Of a stretch of DNA of 64,000 nucleotides, positions 49,101 through 58,936 are shown piece after piece. Origin of the DNA: a virus. Taxonomy: Duplodnaviria; Caudoviricetes. The notes beneath the pieces were generated by a model. That model did no database searches and was not told the DNA's origin. It saw nothing but the letters and a program-made list of their open reading frames with translations. The stretch spans positions 1-64,000 of the IMG/VR virus record IMGVR_UViG_2904150443_000004; one strand, written 5' to 3'. Each line of letters begins with the position of its first letter. The stretch's first letter is position 1. The translations under genes were made by a program, and so were the position numbers.

Positions 49101-51368
49101 ATGTACTATGGAGATAAGAGAGAAGCAAAAGTAATGATCATGGAAAAGTTAATTGAAAACGGTTGGAAAGTGTATGGATATAAAGCAGATGAATCTGACT
49201 CGATGGTTGATTACTACTCTCCAGCTTCATGGGATGGAATCGCAGAAAAAAACGGATATGTTCTTGTTATCGATCAATACAATAATCGCCAATCTGGATA
49301 TCAAGTAAAAAAATATAATTATAATAACAAAAAATACATAGAAAATAAGAGGATTGCAAAACTAACTGCAATGATGAACGATTCAGCATCCACTGAAAAT
49401 GAAAAAGCTTCTTGTGCTGTGCTTATCGAAAAAGAGAAAGAAAAAGCAGGAGAGGGGCAAGAATATACAGTAATCGAAACTTACCCAACGTTTCAACATG
49501 GCAACCCTAAAGCCTGCTCATGGCACATTGAAAAAGATGGTCAAATTATTGCTAAGGGGAAAGGTGTATTTTCAGTTAATGAATACAATTGGGAAGATAA
49601 AACTAAAACAGCAGATGAACAAAAAGCAGAAAAACTAAATAAATTCGTTAAGAAAATTGAAAAAGTATTAACTGACTCGGATGCATTAAAATCTGAAGTA
49701 GTGAAAGTAGAAAAGACAGTTATTAAACCAGTTGAAAAGGAAGGAAAAACTATTAACATTGGTGACATCCTTTCTTTTTCGTATCATGGACATTATTGGA
49801 TTGTCAATGATGTTTATACAGTAGGTGAACAGATTCGCGTAACGTATGAGATTCTAGGAAGCGAAAAAAGAGGGTATCAACGTAAAAAAAATGCTAAGAG
49901 ATACTACCAACCAATGAACCGCCTTGAAAAAGAAATGCAAGAAGGGAGGGTAAAAGTTTACACATTACAAGAGGTAATCGAATATACAGAAAAAACTGTA
50001 TTCACTAAAACAAAACGTTCTCAGAAAGTTACTAATGCTATTCAGCTTGAAACACAAGAAGCATATGACACACAAACACAAGACCCAAAAGAGAATAATG
50101 CTACGGATCAAGAACAAGCTTCTAAACGTCAACTGTGGGCTTTACATTGTGCCACAAGATTAAATACAACTAATCTAGTCATTAGTAAACAGAAGGCCAG
50201 TGATTTGATTAGCAAATCGAAGGCAGGTCAAAATATTGTTGAAGAAATTGAATTTATGATGAATATCGATGATAGCAACAATGAAGCTAAAGTAAGTCAA
50301 ACAACCGAAAGTAAAAAGCAACACGATCAAACAAATTTCATTGAAAAAATTGATAAACAGATCGAGTCAGCCCAAATTAAATTAGATTCTTTATCTGGTA
50401 ATTATAAAACAAATACGTGGAAACGGCAGCAAGAAGAAGTCGGTAGAGAAATGAAACGTAATTCATTGCGTTTTGATATTTCTTTGCTTGAGTATCTTAG
50501 AAATAAAGCTACATTGAACGAAATGACTAATTTTGAGCAATGTCTTTTAGTTGGATCTTTTCGTGATCAGATACAGAATTATTCAATACAGAAATATGAA
50601 TATAAATATCCTGAAATTGATACTCGTTTTGATTTAAATAACTGGTATAATGCTGAAATACCTAAAAAGCAAAAAAGACTGCAAAAGGCAGGGATATATA
50701 ATACTCATCAACTGATTGAAGCAGTAGAAGAATATAAAATTATTAAAGATAAAATACAAAGACCTATTGATCCAATCAAAGTAAAAATCAAGAAACTGGA
50801 ATCAAATGTGAAATTGGTTAAAATTTATGGATATTTTCCTACACCTGCGAACATTGTTAATCAAATGATTGAATTGGCAGATTTAAGAGACGGAGAAATA
50901 GTTCTAGAACCGTCAGCAGGCAATGGCAATATACTAGATGGAATAACCGTCCATGCACAAGAAAATGGTTTAGAATTGAAATTAGAAGCGATTGAACGGA
51001 ATCATACTTTATCAGAAATATTAAAATTGAAAAACTATAATGTAATTTCAGATGACTTTATAACATATGAATGCGAAATAAAATATGATAAAGTTATTAT
51101 GAATCCACCATTTGAAAAGAATCAGGATATTGAACATGTATTACATGCTTACAGTTGCTTAAAAGATGGAGGTAAATTGATTGCTATCATGTCGCCTCAT
51201 TGGACATTTGCAAATGACGCTAAAAGTATACATTTCCGAAGTTGGTTAAGTGACAAAGGATATTATGAAAAGCTCCCAGATGGTTCATTTAAAGAGTCAG
51301 GAACAGGGGTGAATACTATATTAGTTGTGATTGAAAAAATTGAAATCGAAGCATCTGAAGCCGTTTAG
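49101..51368 (+). CDS. large multidomain protein with C-terminal N6-adenine methyltransferase (DarB/polyvalent-protein-like)
   Basis: YFPTP, VLEPSAGNG (SAM binding), MNPPF (catalytic), FKESGTGV.T. Confidence 0.82.
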   Translation: MYYGDKREAKVMIMEKLIENGWKVYGYKADESDSMVDYYSPASWDGIAEKNGYVLVIDQYNNRQSGYQVKKYNYNNKKYIENKRIAKLTAMMNDSASTENEKASCAVLIEKEKEKAGEGQEYTVIETYPTFQHGNPKACSWHIEKDGQIIAKGKGVFSVNEYNWEDKTKTADEQKAEKLNKFVKKIEKVLTDSDALKSEVVKVEKTVIKPVEKEGKTINIGDILSFSYHGHYWIVNDVYTVGEQIRVTYEILGSEKRGYQRKKNAKRYYQPMNRLEKEMQEGRVKVYTLQEVIEYTEKTVFTKTKRSQKVTNAIQLETQEAYDTQTQDPKENNATDQEQASKRQLWALHCATRLNTTNLVISKQKASDLISKSKAGQNIVEEIEFMMNIDDSNNEAKVSQTTESKKQHDQTNFIEKIDKQIESAQIKLDSLSGNYKTNTWKRQQEEVGREMKRNSLRFDISLLEYLRNKATLNEMTNFEQCLLVGSFRDQIQNYSIQKYEYKYPEIDTRFDLNNWYNAEIPKKQKRLQKAGIYNTHQLIEAVEEYKIIKDKIQRPIDPIKVKIKKLESNVKLVKIYGYFPTPANIVNQMIELADLRDGEIVLEPSAGNGNILDGITVHAQENGLELKLEAIERNHTLSEILKLKNYNVISDDFITYECEIKYDKVIMNPPFEKNQDIEHVLHAYSCLKDGGKLIAIMSPHWTFANDAKSIHFRSWLSDKGYYEKLPDGSFKESGTGVNTILVVIEKIEIEASEAV

Positions 51369-51531
51369 GGGGACTGGTGATTTACCTATTAATAGAAAAG
51401 AAATGTATTGAAAAATGTTAAGAAAATTGAGAAATAAAAGTGAAATATTTATAAACAATCAATTATTCAATAGAATAACTTACCTTTCACCTTACTATTG
51501 AATTATTAGTATAATGGAGTAGGGTGATATT

Positions 51532-52371
51532 ATGTTCGTTTCTCCAATGTTACTACAGTACACAGAAAACAATCTTCCTTTTGATAGTCCAAACCACGCT
51601 GCCGAATTGAAGTTTGATGGATTTAGGCTTGTATTATCTAAAATGGATCAGGTTAGATTATATACACGGCACAATAACGAAGTAACCACGACCTTTTCTG
51701 AGTTACTTGAGATTGATTTACCCAATAATACAATACTAGATGGTGAAGTTATATTAACAGACAATCAAGGGAAGCCAGATTTTGAAGAGCTACAAAAGAG
51801 ATTCAAGTCTAAACGTGATAAGCGTAAAGTCACATTTGTTGCATTCGACATTGTTATGTATAAGGGTGTTGATGTTACAGGCTTGCCATTGTTCAGACGA
51901 AAGGAATTGCTTGAGGAAGCCTTTCCAGAATCAGATAGACATACTAAGAGTAGATTCATGACAGGAAGCCCAGTAGACGTCTTTGAGGTCGTTAAAGGAG
52001 CCATGCTCGAAGGCATTGTAATCAAGAATATAAATTCGACTTACAAAGTAAATAAGCGTTCATGGGATTGGCAAAAGGCAATAAATTGGACATATGCTGA
52101 TGTGCATATCACAGGTTATAGAAAAAATGAGTTTGGATGGTTAACATCGATCATAACTGAGAATGGAACGTTAAGGCCAGTTGGTATTTTAGAGTTGGGG
52201 GTTTCCCCAGATCAAAAGAAAGAGTTTAACCGTGTGAAAAAGAAATTGGCTTATAAAGAAGATAATAATTATGTTTATATGGAGCCATTTGTTAAAGCCA
52301 GAGTAAAGACTCGAAACTGGACTAAGAATGGTATGTTAAGATCGCCAGCAATGGAATCATTTATTTTATGA
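51532..52371 (+). CDS. ATP-dependent DNA ligase (SPbeta LigB/YoqV-like)
   Basis: ELKFDGFR motif I, LDGE, AFDI, EGIVIK. Confidence 0.9.
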   Translation: MFVSPMLLQYTENNLPFDSPNHAAELKFDGFRLVLSKMDQVRLYTRHNNEVTTTFSELLEIDLPNNTILDGEVILTDNQGKPDFEELQKRFKSKRDKRKVTFVAFDIVMYKGVDVTGLPLFRRKELLEEAFPESDRHTKSRFMTGSPVDVFEVVKGAMLEGIVIKNINSTYKVNKRSWDWQKAINWTYADVHITGYRKNEFGWLTSIITENGTLRPVGILELGVSPDQKKEFNRVKKKLAYKEDNNYVYMEPFVKARVKTRNWTKNGMLRSPAMESFIL

Positions 52372-52394
52372 GGCCGAAGAAATTCGGCTTTTTT
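52372..52394 (+). terminator. intrinsic terminator
   Basis: GCCGAA-GAAA-TTCGGC plus T6. Confidence 0.7.
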
Positions 52395-52440
52395 ACATAT
52401 TTAAAGGAATAAAATATGAAAATATATTATAGATATTGTA

Positions 52441-52470
52441 TTGACATCACGCGTGCGTGAATGATATACT
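52441..52470 (+). promoter_or_regulatory. sigmaA promoter with palindromic operator in the spacer
   Basis: TTGACA-TCACGCGTGCGTGA-ATGA-TATACT. Confidence 0.7.
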
Positions 52471-52506
52471 AGTACCAAGATAAGGAAATAGAGAAAAGGT
52501 GATTGG

Positions 52507-52896
52507 ATGTTAAGAATTAACCTGAATGATCCTGACATTATGAGCACCAAGGAAGCAGCTACTCGATGGGGCAAAAAGGATGATTCCTCGATAAGACATC
52601 GAAGAGATGAATTCCCAGATGGTACGCTTCGAAAAGTAGGGCGTGATTGGGTTGTTACTAGGGAAGGTATGGAATTTGTATTTGGATTATCAACAGAGGG
52701 TTATTATATGGAAAGACAATCATTTATTGGACTTCAAAAAGAAAAGAGAGTTGAACATGAATTGTTAGGTAAGGGCACTGTAACAGCAATTTCACCTACT
52801 CATGATGTTGTGGTACAAGTACTATTTGATAATTATCAAGGTAGTGCACAATGGATGGTTGATGCAACATTGGTGAAAATAGAAAGCGATATTTAA
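52507..52896 (+). CDS. HTH_59-like DNA-binding protein
   Basis: IMSTKEAATRWG...RKVGRDWVVTREGM..VFG. Confidence 0.7.
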   Translation: MLRINLNDPDIMSTKEAATRWGKKDDSSIRHRRDEFPDGTLRKVGRDWVVTREGMEFVFGLSTEGYYMERQSFIGLQKEKRVEHELLGKGTVTAISPTHDVVVQVLFDNYQGSAQWMVDATLVKIESDI

Positions 52897-52945
52897 ATGT
52901 AACTGTTGATTCAACGGGAAATAGATTAATACTAATACCATAGGA

Positions 52946-53209
52946 GTGATAGAAATGAGTAATCAGCTGAAGGATTTTTATGAAACAAATGCTTTTGAGT
53001 GTCCAACAACTAAAGCGCTAATCAAAGGTGTATATTTTCCGAGTTTAAATGAATTAAAATTTAGAGTGAACGAAAAAACAGAAGAAACCGACTGGGAGAC
53101 ACTAAAATGGCGCTTGAAAGCAGAAATTAGAATTTTAGGTGGCCTTAAGGCTGCAAACGATCATCTAGAAAAACTAGGATTGAATGTAGCGGAAATTAAT
53201 TTTAACTAA
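52946..53209 (+). CDS. hypothetical protein
   Basis: Co-oriented ORF with RBS. Confidence 0.6.
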   Translation: MIEMSNQLKDFYETNAFECPTTKALIKGVYFPSLNELKFRVNEKTEETDWETLKWRLKAEIRILGGLKAANDHLEKLGLNVAEINFN

Positions 53210-53242
53210 ATTACTGTTTTATTTTAGAAAGGAGAGGTATCG

Positions 53243-53452
53243 ATGAAATTGTTTTATGCCTATCATGAAAAGTACATAGAGGATTTTGGAGTTTACGCAG
53301 TTAAAAGCTCAGATGAGTTAATGGAAATTTTAGCAAAGGAAGAAAACAAGGAAGTTACATATGTGCGACAAAATTATATTTACGGTGAAATGACGCAATA
53401 TATAAATGAGAGAACAGGAAAGAAATATAAAGTTGTTCTTGAAGAAGTATAA
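53243..53452 (+). CDS. hypothetical protein
   Basis: GAGG RBS. Confidence 0.6.
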   Translation: MKLFYAYHEKYIEDFGVYAVKSSDELMEILAKEENKEVTYVRQNYIYGEMTQYINERTGKKYKVVLEEV

Positions 53453-53494
53453 GGTAAACAATGAAAAGGTTATCGGATATCGGAGGTGCATTAA

Positions 53495-53692
53495 ATGAGA
53501 GTATTTATGATTGATGGAGAAAAATACACTACTTTCGAATACGGAATGTACATGCTAGATAAGACCTTTTCTGAAGGTAATGGGATTCTTGATCCTAAAG
53601 TAATGACGCATGATGAAATATCTGCATGGGGATTAGGATTCATTCTTGTTCAATTAAGTGAACGTGATGATATTGAAGAAATTGTATCATAA
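53495..53692 (+). CDS. hypothetical protein
   Basis: GGAGGTG RBS. Confidence 0.6.
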   Translation: MRVFMIDGEKYTTFEYGMYMLDKTFSEGNGILDPKVMTHDEISAWGLGFILVQLSERDDIEEIVS

Positions 53693-53740
53693 AAGGGTTA
53701 TTTCATAGGGTAAAATTAAAAGAGATTGGAGAGCTAATAA

Positions 53741-54085
53741 ATGAATGTTTATGAACTCATTTGGTTACATGGCAAGAAAGAATTTGTTATTGGAAATGAT
53801 ATCTCAGATGCCATAAATAATGCAGGAATCGGCAGAGGAGCTTTACAAGCACTGGACTATTGGAAAGAGGTCAGCGAGTTACCAGATCATTTGAAGAAGT
53901 TTGAAATCGTATCTGACAATGGAACCACTGATGAAATTTTTAATCCAAGCTTCATAAATAAGTTGAATGAAACGAGTTTTGAAGTTGGTTCTATCACTGA
54001 GATAAAACTAAGTACCCTGATATTCAAATATCAATTTATTGGTAAGTCAAAAACTGGATATCAATATAAGCAAATAGCATCATGA
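53741..54085 (+). CDS. hypothetical protein
   Basis: GGAG RBS. Confidence 0.6.
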   Translation: MNVYELIWLHGKKEFVIGNDISDAINNAGIGRGALQALDYWKEVSELPDHLKKFEIVSDNGTTDEIFNPSFINKLNETSFEVGSITEIKLSTLIFKYQFIGKSKTGYQYKQIAS

Positions 54086-54122
54086 TTCTAAATGAAATGA
54101 CTGTTTGATGGGAGGACTTACA

Positions 54123-54461
54123 TTGAAAGCGAAAGTATTTGTGGATGAAGGGACAGGCTTATGTCAAGAACAGAAAGATATACTCACTAGAAGATATGAA
54201 TCATATGTGACTTACGCGGTACCTTTGATTGTTAACTATGAAGACATGATCATTCTCGACCAAAATTTAGATTTAACTGAAACACTTGATTATGTTTTTG
54301 CTTGTTCAAATGTTAAGTTTCTTAATTTCTTTATGGTTAGATTGGCTAAAGAAGCTGGAAGACAAATTGCAAACAGTAGATTTGTTAATGTCAACACTCC
54401 TATAGGGGTATGCGCTTTTGTTCATGACGAAAAAAATGATCAATGGACATTGGTGAATTAA
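54123..54461 (+). CDS. hypothetical protein
   Basis: GGAGG RBS before TTG at 54123. Confidence 0.55.
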   Translation: MKAKVFVDEGTGLCQEQKDILTRRYESYVTYAVPLIVNYEDMIILDQNLDLTETLDYVFACSNVKFLNFFMVRLAKEAGRQIANSRFVNVNTPIGVCAFVHDEKNDQWTLVN

Positions 54462-54526
54462 TGTGAAACTGTTTTAAACGAGGTTTGAAATATAACTTGA
54501 ATATAACAGCAATAGGAGGTAACAAC

Positions 54527-54778
54527 ATGGCAAAACCTAAGGTACCAAAACGTCCGACACGTGATGAATTTGTTTTAGAGGAATTAGGAAACCAACTGAC
54601 TGAAGCTTATCAAGAAGAGTCTGCTATAGTACTGACGGTTTGGGGGCGGGAAGAGCCAGTAAAAGGACAAATTATTAAAATGGACTCAAGAACAGGAAAA
54701 GTTCATGTAAGACAAGACGAAGTAATTACAAAAGTCCCATTTATGGATATTATGAGCATGGATTATCCAAGGGATTAA
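54527..54778 (+). CDS. yolD: YolD-like protein
   Basis: KRPTRDEFVLEELGNQL.EA...LTVWG...G.I...D...KVPFMDI; AGGAGG RBS. Confidence 0.75.
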   Translation: MAKPKVPKRPTRDEFVLEELGNQLTEAYQEESAIVLTVWGREEPVKGQIIKMDSRTGKVHVRQDEVITKVPFMDIMSMDYPRD

Positions 54779-54978
54779 ATTTTAATGAATTGAATATTTA
54801 TGTTTCAAAAAATGGTGGGACATAGATATGGATTTGAAAATATACCCGTTAAAAGGGATATAAAGGACTTGAGTTAATTGAGTTTGATGAAACTGTTATA
54901 TATGATCTGGGTTGTATAATTAAATCAGTTCGTAATTAATATTTTTTCGAATCTTATGAATTATAATAAAATACAAAT

Positions 54979-55752
54979 ATGAAAGGAAATAATAATATGA
55001 ATATACATATTCCTATTGATTGGGGAAGTTATATTATTTCTATTCCACTGATATTGGCGACAGTGTGGGCAGGCTTAAGGTTCTTGGCAAAAAAATATGT
55101 TGAACAAGAGTTCTCTAAAAGAATAGAAAATCACAAACACGATTTGAATTTATTAGTAGAGGCCAATAAATTTGATATTCAAAGAAAGATGTATGATTTC
55201 AATTTGTATACGACTAAAAGGCACGAAACATATATGAAGTTGTATAATTTATTTTTAGAAGCATCAAGCCGAGTAAGTAGATTTCAAGGGATCAGGCAAA
55301 TACCAGATTTTAAAAATTTCTCAAATGAAGTAATAGCGGAATATTTAAGACGTTTTAATCTGTCAGAAAGTGAATGGTTAACTATTGCTGAAAACTGGAA
55401 TAACGGAACAGATCCATACTTAGTTAAAAAAGTAGAGAGTTATTACAATATAAACGAAGTTAGGGAAATGGAGGCCGCTTATGTAAAAGCTAAAAACGAA
55501 TATTTATTAACTCGTTTATACTTGTCAAAGAAAGTAGAAAGCATATGCTTGATCTTATCTTCAAAATTGACAGAAGCTTTACTTGAGCTAGAAGAAATAT
55601 ACGATATAAACTATATTGAACAAGATATTAATTTAACCGAGTCACGAAAAAACTTAAGAAAAATACACGATGATATTAATTTGCATAGTCTAGAGTTAAA
55701 AGATGAAATGCAAAAAGAATTGTCAATTGGATATTACGACAATACAAAATAA
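54979..55752 (+). CDS. membrane-anchored helical hypothetical protein
   Basis: N-terminal TM segment followed by a helical domain. Confidence 0.65.
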   Translation: MKGNNNMNIHIPIDWGSYIISIPLILATVWAGLRFLAKKYVEQEFSKRIENHKHDLNLLVEANKFDIQRKMYDFNLYTTKRHETYMKLYNLFLEASSRVSRFQGIRQIPDFKNFSNEVIAEYLRRFNLSESEWLTIAENWNNGTDPYLVKKVESYYNINEVREMEAAYVKAKNEYLLTRLYLSKKVESICLILSSKLTEALLELEEIYDINYIEQDINLTESRKNLRKIHDDINLHSLELKDEMQKELSIGYYDNTK

Positions 55753-55914
55753 AAGACATGTTTCATTATATATAAAATCACATAATTTAGATTATGTTCC
55801 CTTTATGTTCGGTTGTATTACACAACCGAATTTGCTATATTTAGATTAAGAAGAATAGACGCCGCAAAGATTACAAAGATGGCGCAAATTGATGAAGAAG
55901 AGAGGATGATAAGA

Positions 55915-56277
55915 ATGAAAAAGGAAAATTTCGAAAATGGGGTTATTATTAATTCGGAAGCTGCTTTACAATATTTACTCGGCAAAAGTAGTATCGATGC
56001 AGATGGTGGTCATTACATACTTGACATTCAAGACGAAGGGGAAGAAATCGCAATTACTGTTGATTATACGCGTACAGTTGCAGATGCCGAGTATCACGTT
56101 CTTGGAACGAATTGTGTTTTCAACGTAACATACTCAACTGACAGATACTCTCAGAATCATTTCTCATTTGAAGTGCTCATCAATGACTTGCACGAGCAAC
56201 ACTTGGATGAAGTTGAAGCTTGGTTGTACGAAGCGGTACTCAAATACGGAGAGATGGAGGGTTCAGAAAATGATTAA
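55915..56277 (+). CDS. hypothetical acidic protein
   Basis: GAGGA RBS; upstream perfect inverted repeat at 55808-55830. Confidence 0.6.
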   Translation: MKKENFENGVIINSEAALQYLLGKSSIDADGGHYILDIQDEGEEIAITVDYTRTVADAEYHVLGTNCVFNVTYSTDRYSQNHFSFEVLINDLHEQHLDEVEAWLYEAVLKYGEMEGSEND

Positions 56278-56944
56278 AGAAAACACATTGGTTCCTGGGT
56301 TAATTCCGACTTTGGAAAAAGTCGTCTACACTTATCAATACAGGTATAGTGATAGCCGCGAATGGAAATATCACGAATACGCGTTTCTTCCAGAAGAGTT
56401 GACACCGGATATTTCACCATATTCACTGGGGGAAAAGCTATATCGGGAAATGCGATGTGCGGAAACACGGTATCTAGAACAGAAAAGGTACGCCTATATC
56501 ACATGTTCAGAATGCGGGCATAAGGTACTCGTCAATAGAGATGGATGGACAAAATGTGATGAGTGCAAAACGTACTTCGAACAGTTCAAACATGTGGATG
56601 AACTGTTCTATCCAAGAACTTTATTAAAAAAGTATGAGGAAGAGGTTAAGAACCTTCTAAGTGAAGATGACGAATTTTTGCAAGACATAGAATGTGATGA
56701 TGACTGCTCCGTTACATTCAGTGTGTCTGCTACCCGATACAAGAATAAATGGGCTATGTATGTATGGGTTAACGAAAATTATGATGACCCAGAAGATGAG
56801 GCTTACTCTTACAACCATAGTCATGTGTATTGGATTGGAGAATTCCAACCGCGTCACTGGATTGGTGAGTGCGTTAGTACTGTACCTAACTTGGACAGGT
56901 ACATGAAGTACGTGAACAGTTTAAACGATGTACAAGAAATATAA
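56270..56944 (+). CDS. zinc-ribbon hypothetical protein
   Basis: GGAGG RBS; CSECG...CDECK. Confidence 0.6.
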   Translation: MIKENTLVPGLIPTLEKVVYTYQYRYSDSREWKYHEYAFLPEELTPDISPYSLGEKLYREMRCAETRYLEQKRYAYITCSECGHKVLVNRDGWTKCDECKTYFEQFKHVDELFYPRTLLKKYEEEVKNLLSEDDEFLQDIECDDDCSVTFSVSATRYKNKWAMYVWVNENYDDPEDEAYSYNHSHVYWIGEFQPRHWIGECVSTVPNLDRYMKYVNSLNDVQEI

Positions 56945-57067
56945 AAAGCAGCCATAGGCCGGCTGCTCCTCTCGGTGGTTCTTTCGTTAATCCTCATAGG
57001 TACGATAAAAGGGCCACCGATCCCTTGTGCACGTATTTATATTACCATAAAGGGAAGATGTGTACAA

Positions 57068-57265
57068 ATGAAAATTGTTGAGTTTGTTGGTGCAGCTGCA
57101 TTTGCCAAAATGCTCGGCACGTCACAGCAAAACGTTAGCAAGTCTGGAAAACGAGCGCTTGATCCAAACTATCGCGGCGATTTCTTGAGGCCGGACGCTA
57201 TATGCGAAGGTCGTCCGCTTTGGCTTAAGGAAGAAGCTGAAAAGTTTGCAAGGAGTGAGTTTTAA
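57068..57265 (+). CDS. small HTH DNA-binding protein
   Basis: VGAAAFAKMLGTSQQNVS HTH; RPLW motif. Confidence 0.65.
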   Translation: MKIVEFVGAAAFAKMLGTSQQNVSKSGKRALDPNYRGDFLRPDAICEGRPLWLKEEAEKFARSEF

Positions 57266-57997
57266 ATGAATCACAAAAGCGCAATCACCGATGAGGTTAG
57301 AAATAGGATAGTTAACCTGTTGAGGGGTGGTCATACAATAGTCAAAATCGAAGAGTTGACTGGTGTCCATCGAACGACTATTTTTAAGATAAAATGCAAA
57401 CTTGGATTGGTGAAAAACTACAAAAGTTTTACTTGCCTGAGTAAGAAAAAAGTCCGCGACATTCAAAGAGATCTTGATAATTTAGATCGACAGCCTAATA
57501 GTGACGATATAAAACGACTTTCTAAATTGCATGACGTTTCGGAGCCAAACATACTAAAGGTCATAAAGGAAGGGATTAATGCGGTATCAAAAGTACGCCC
57601 TCTCAAACCGCAGAAAATACAGATGATATACAAATCCCTTGAAGAAGGGAAGCAATCAGAGGAAATAATAGAAAAAACAGGTGTTTCGAGAACAACACTG
57701 GTGTATTACAGGGAACGATACAATCGCGGAAAAGATATTAGGGTATGTGCATCTTCTGATTGTGATAATACATTCTTACCACGACTGGATGGAAAGCCGA
57801 AGCTATATTGCTCCACGCGCTGTCGCGATCGCGAGAAACAGCGTAGATATAGATCATTATACTCAAAACAAAATCGGTGTCCACAATGTGGTGGTGAATG
57901 GGTCGAGCCCAACGAGACATACCGAGGAAAGCCAAAGCATTGCCTAAATTGTCAAGAGTATTACCATTTGAGATATGAAAAGAATAAAGATGTTTAG
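57266..57997 (+). CDS. multi-HTH protein with C-terminal zinc fingers
   Basis: Two GVxRTT HTH motifs; C..C...YCS.RC and CPQCG...CLNC. Confidence 0.65.
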   Translation: MNHKSAITDEVRNRIVNLLRGGHTIVKIEELTGVHRTTIFKIKCKLGLVKNYKSFTCLSKKKVRDIQRDLDNLDRQPNSDDIKRLSKLHDVSEPNILKVIKEGINAVSKVRPLKPQKIQMIYKSLEEGKQSEEIIEKTGVSRTTLVYYRERYNRGKDIRVCASSDCDNTFLPRLDGKPKLYCSTRCRDREKQRRYRSLYSKQNRCPQCGGEWVEPNETYRGKPKHCLNCQEYYHLRYEKNKDV

Positions 57998-58173
57998 TTA
58001 TTGCCATTATATGAAAGTGGAAACTAAATACTGAATTTTGTATATAAACACAAATTGGGCTCACAGCTCTATTGTGTTTTTTTGTTTATTCAAATGACAT
58101 TATATGATCACAGAACATGTATTATGTCAAGGATTTTGTTTTTTATTTTAAATTTCTTGACTATATGAATAAT

Positions 58174-58187
58174 GGAACAAACGTTCC
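58174..58187. promoter_or_regulatory. LexA (Cheo) box-like palindrome upstream of mazF
   Basis: GGAAC-AAAC-GTTCC fits the GAAC-N4-GTTC core; TTGTTA-16-TATAAT at 58189-58216. Confidence 0.6.
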
Positions 58188-58261
58188 CTTGTTAAATATC
58201 AAATATGAATTATAATAAAACTATACAGATAACTAAAATATATTAGTTTGGATGTGTAAAT

Positions 58262-58660
58262 ATGACTGACAGAGTTGTTCAATATAAGAGAGATGATATT
58301 TGGTTGGCAGATTTGGGTGGATCAGCTGGTTCTGAGCAAGGTGGAATTAGACCTGTATTATTGATTTCGAATGATATTGGGAACCGCTTTAGCCCTGTAG
58401 TTATCGGTGCTGTAATTTCTTCTGCAACTACTAAAAAGAGAATGCCAACACATGTAAGTCTGCCAGCCAACAGGCATGGGTTAATTAAAGACAGTTTTGT
58501 TGGTACTGAACAATTAAAGACAATTGATAAATGGTGTCTGATTGAAAAATTAACAACAATAGATGAAGAGACTATGGACGAAATAAACGAAGCATTGATA
58601 TTAAGCTTAGGACTGAGAGATTACATAGATAAAAAATATATAAAGAGAAAGGATGTATAA
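58262..58660 (+). CDS. mazF: PemK/MazF-family endoribonuclease (no upstream antitoxin)
   Basis: GSEQGGIRPVLLISNDIGNRFSP...EQLKTIDK, close to B. subtilis NdoA; catalytic Arg kept, Thr position is Ser. Confidence 0.9.
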   Translation: MTDRVVQYKRDDIWLADLGGSAGSEQGGIRPVLLISNDIGNRFSPVVIGAVISSATTKKRMPTHVSLPANRHGLIKDSFVGTEQLKTIDKWCLIEKLTTIDEETMDEINEALILSLGLRDYIDKKYIKRKDV

Positions 58661-58661
58661 A

Positions 58662-58817
58662 ATGTTTAAAGTTGTTGGACAAGGGATTTTTACAAAAGAG
58701 GATTTAATAAATAAATTAATTGAATGGGGGATTGTAAATGCATCGTGGGTTGTAATGGAGGCTGAGAAGAAAGGTCGTTTTGAGTATGGTAAACATAGAA
58801 TACTCGTTTTTAGATAG
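58662..58817 (+). CDS. small protein coupled to mazF (51 aa)
   Basis: Read by hand: MFKVVGQGIFTKEDLINKLIEWG...; AAAGGA RBS; hairpin terminator at 58826-58863. Confidence 0.55.
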   Translation: MFKVVGQGIFTKEDLINKLIEWGIVNASWVVMEAEKKGRFEYGKHRILVFR

Positions 58818-58907
58818 TCTTACATAAGTCACTCGATCATTAATGTAGATTGAGTGACTTTTTAATTTTAATATAAAAGAAAATACTAAAAATATCTGTT
58901 TTATATA

Positions 58908-58936
58908 TTGACTTTATATAAGTAAAGATGTATTAT
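58908..58936 (+). promoter_or_regulatory. repeated sigmaA early promoter
   Basis: TTGACT-17-TATTAT with extended TG. Confidence 0.65.
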
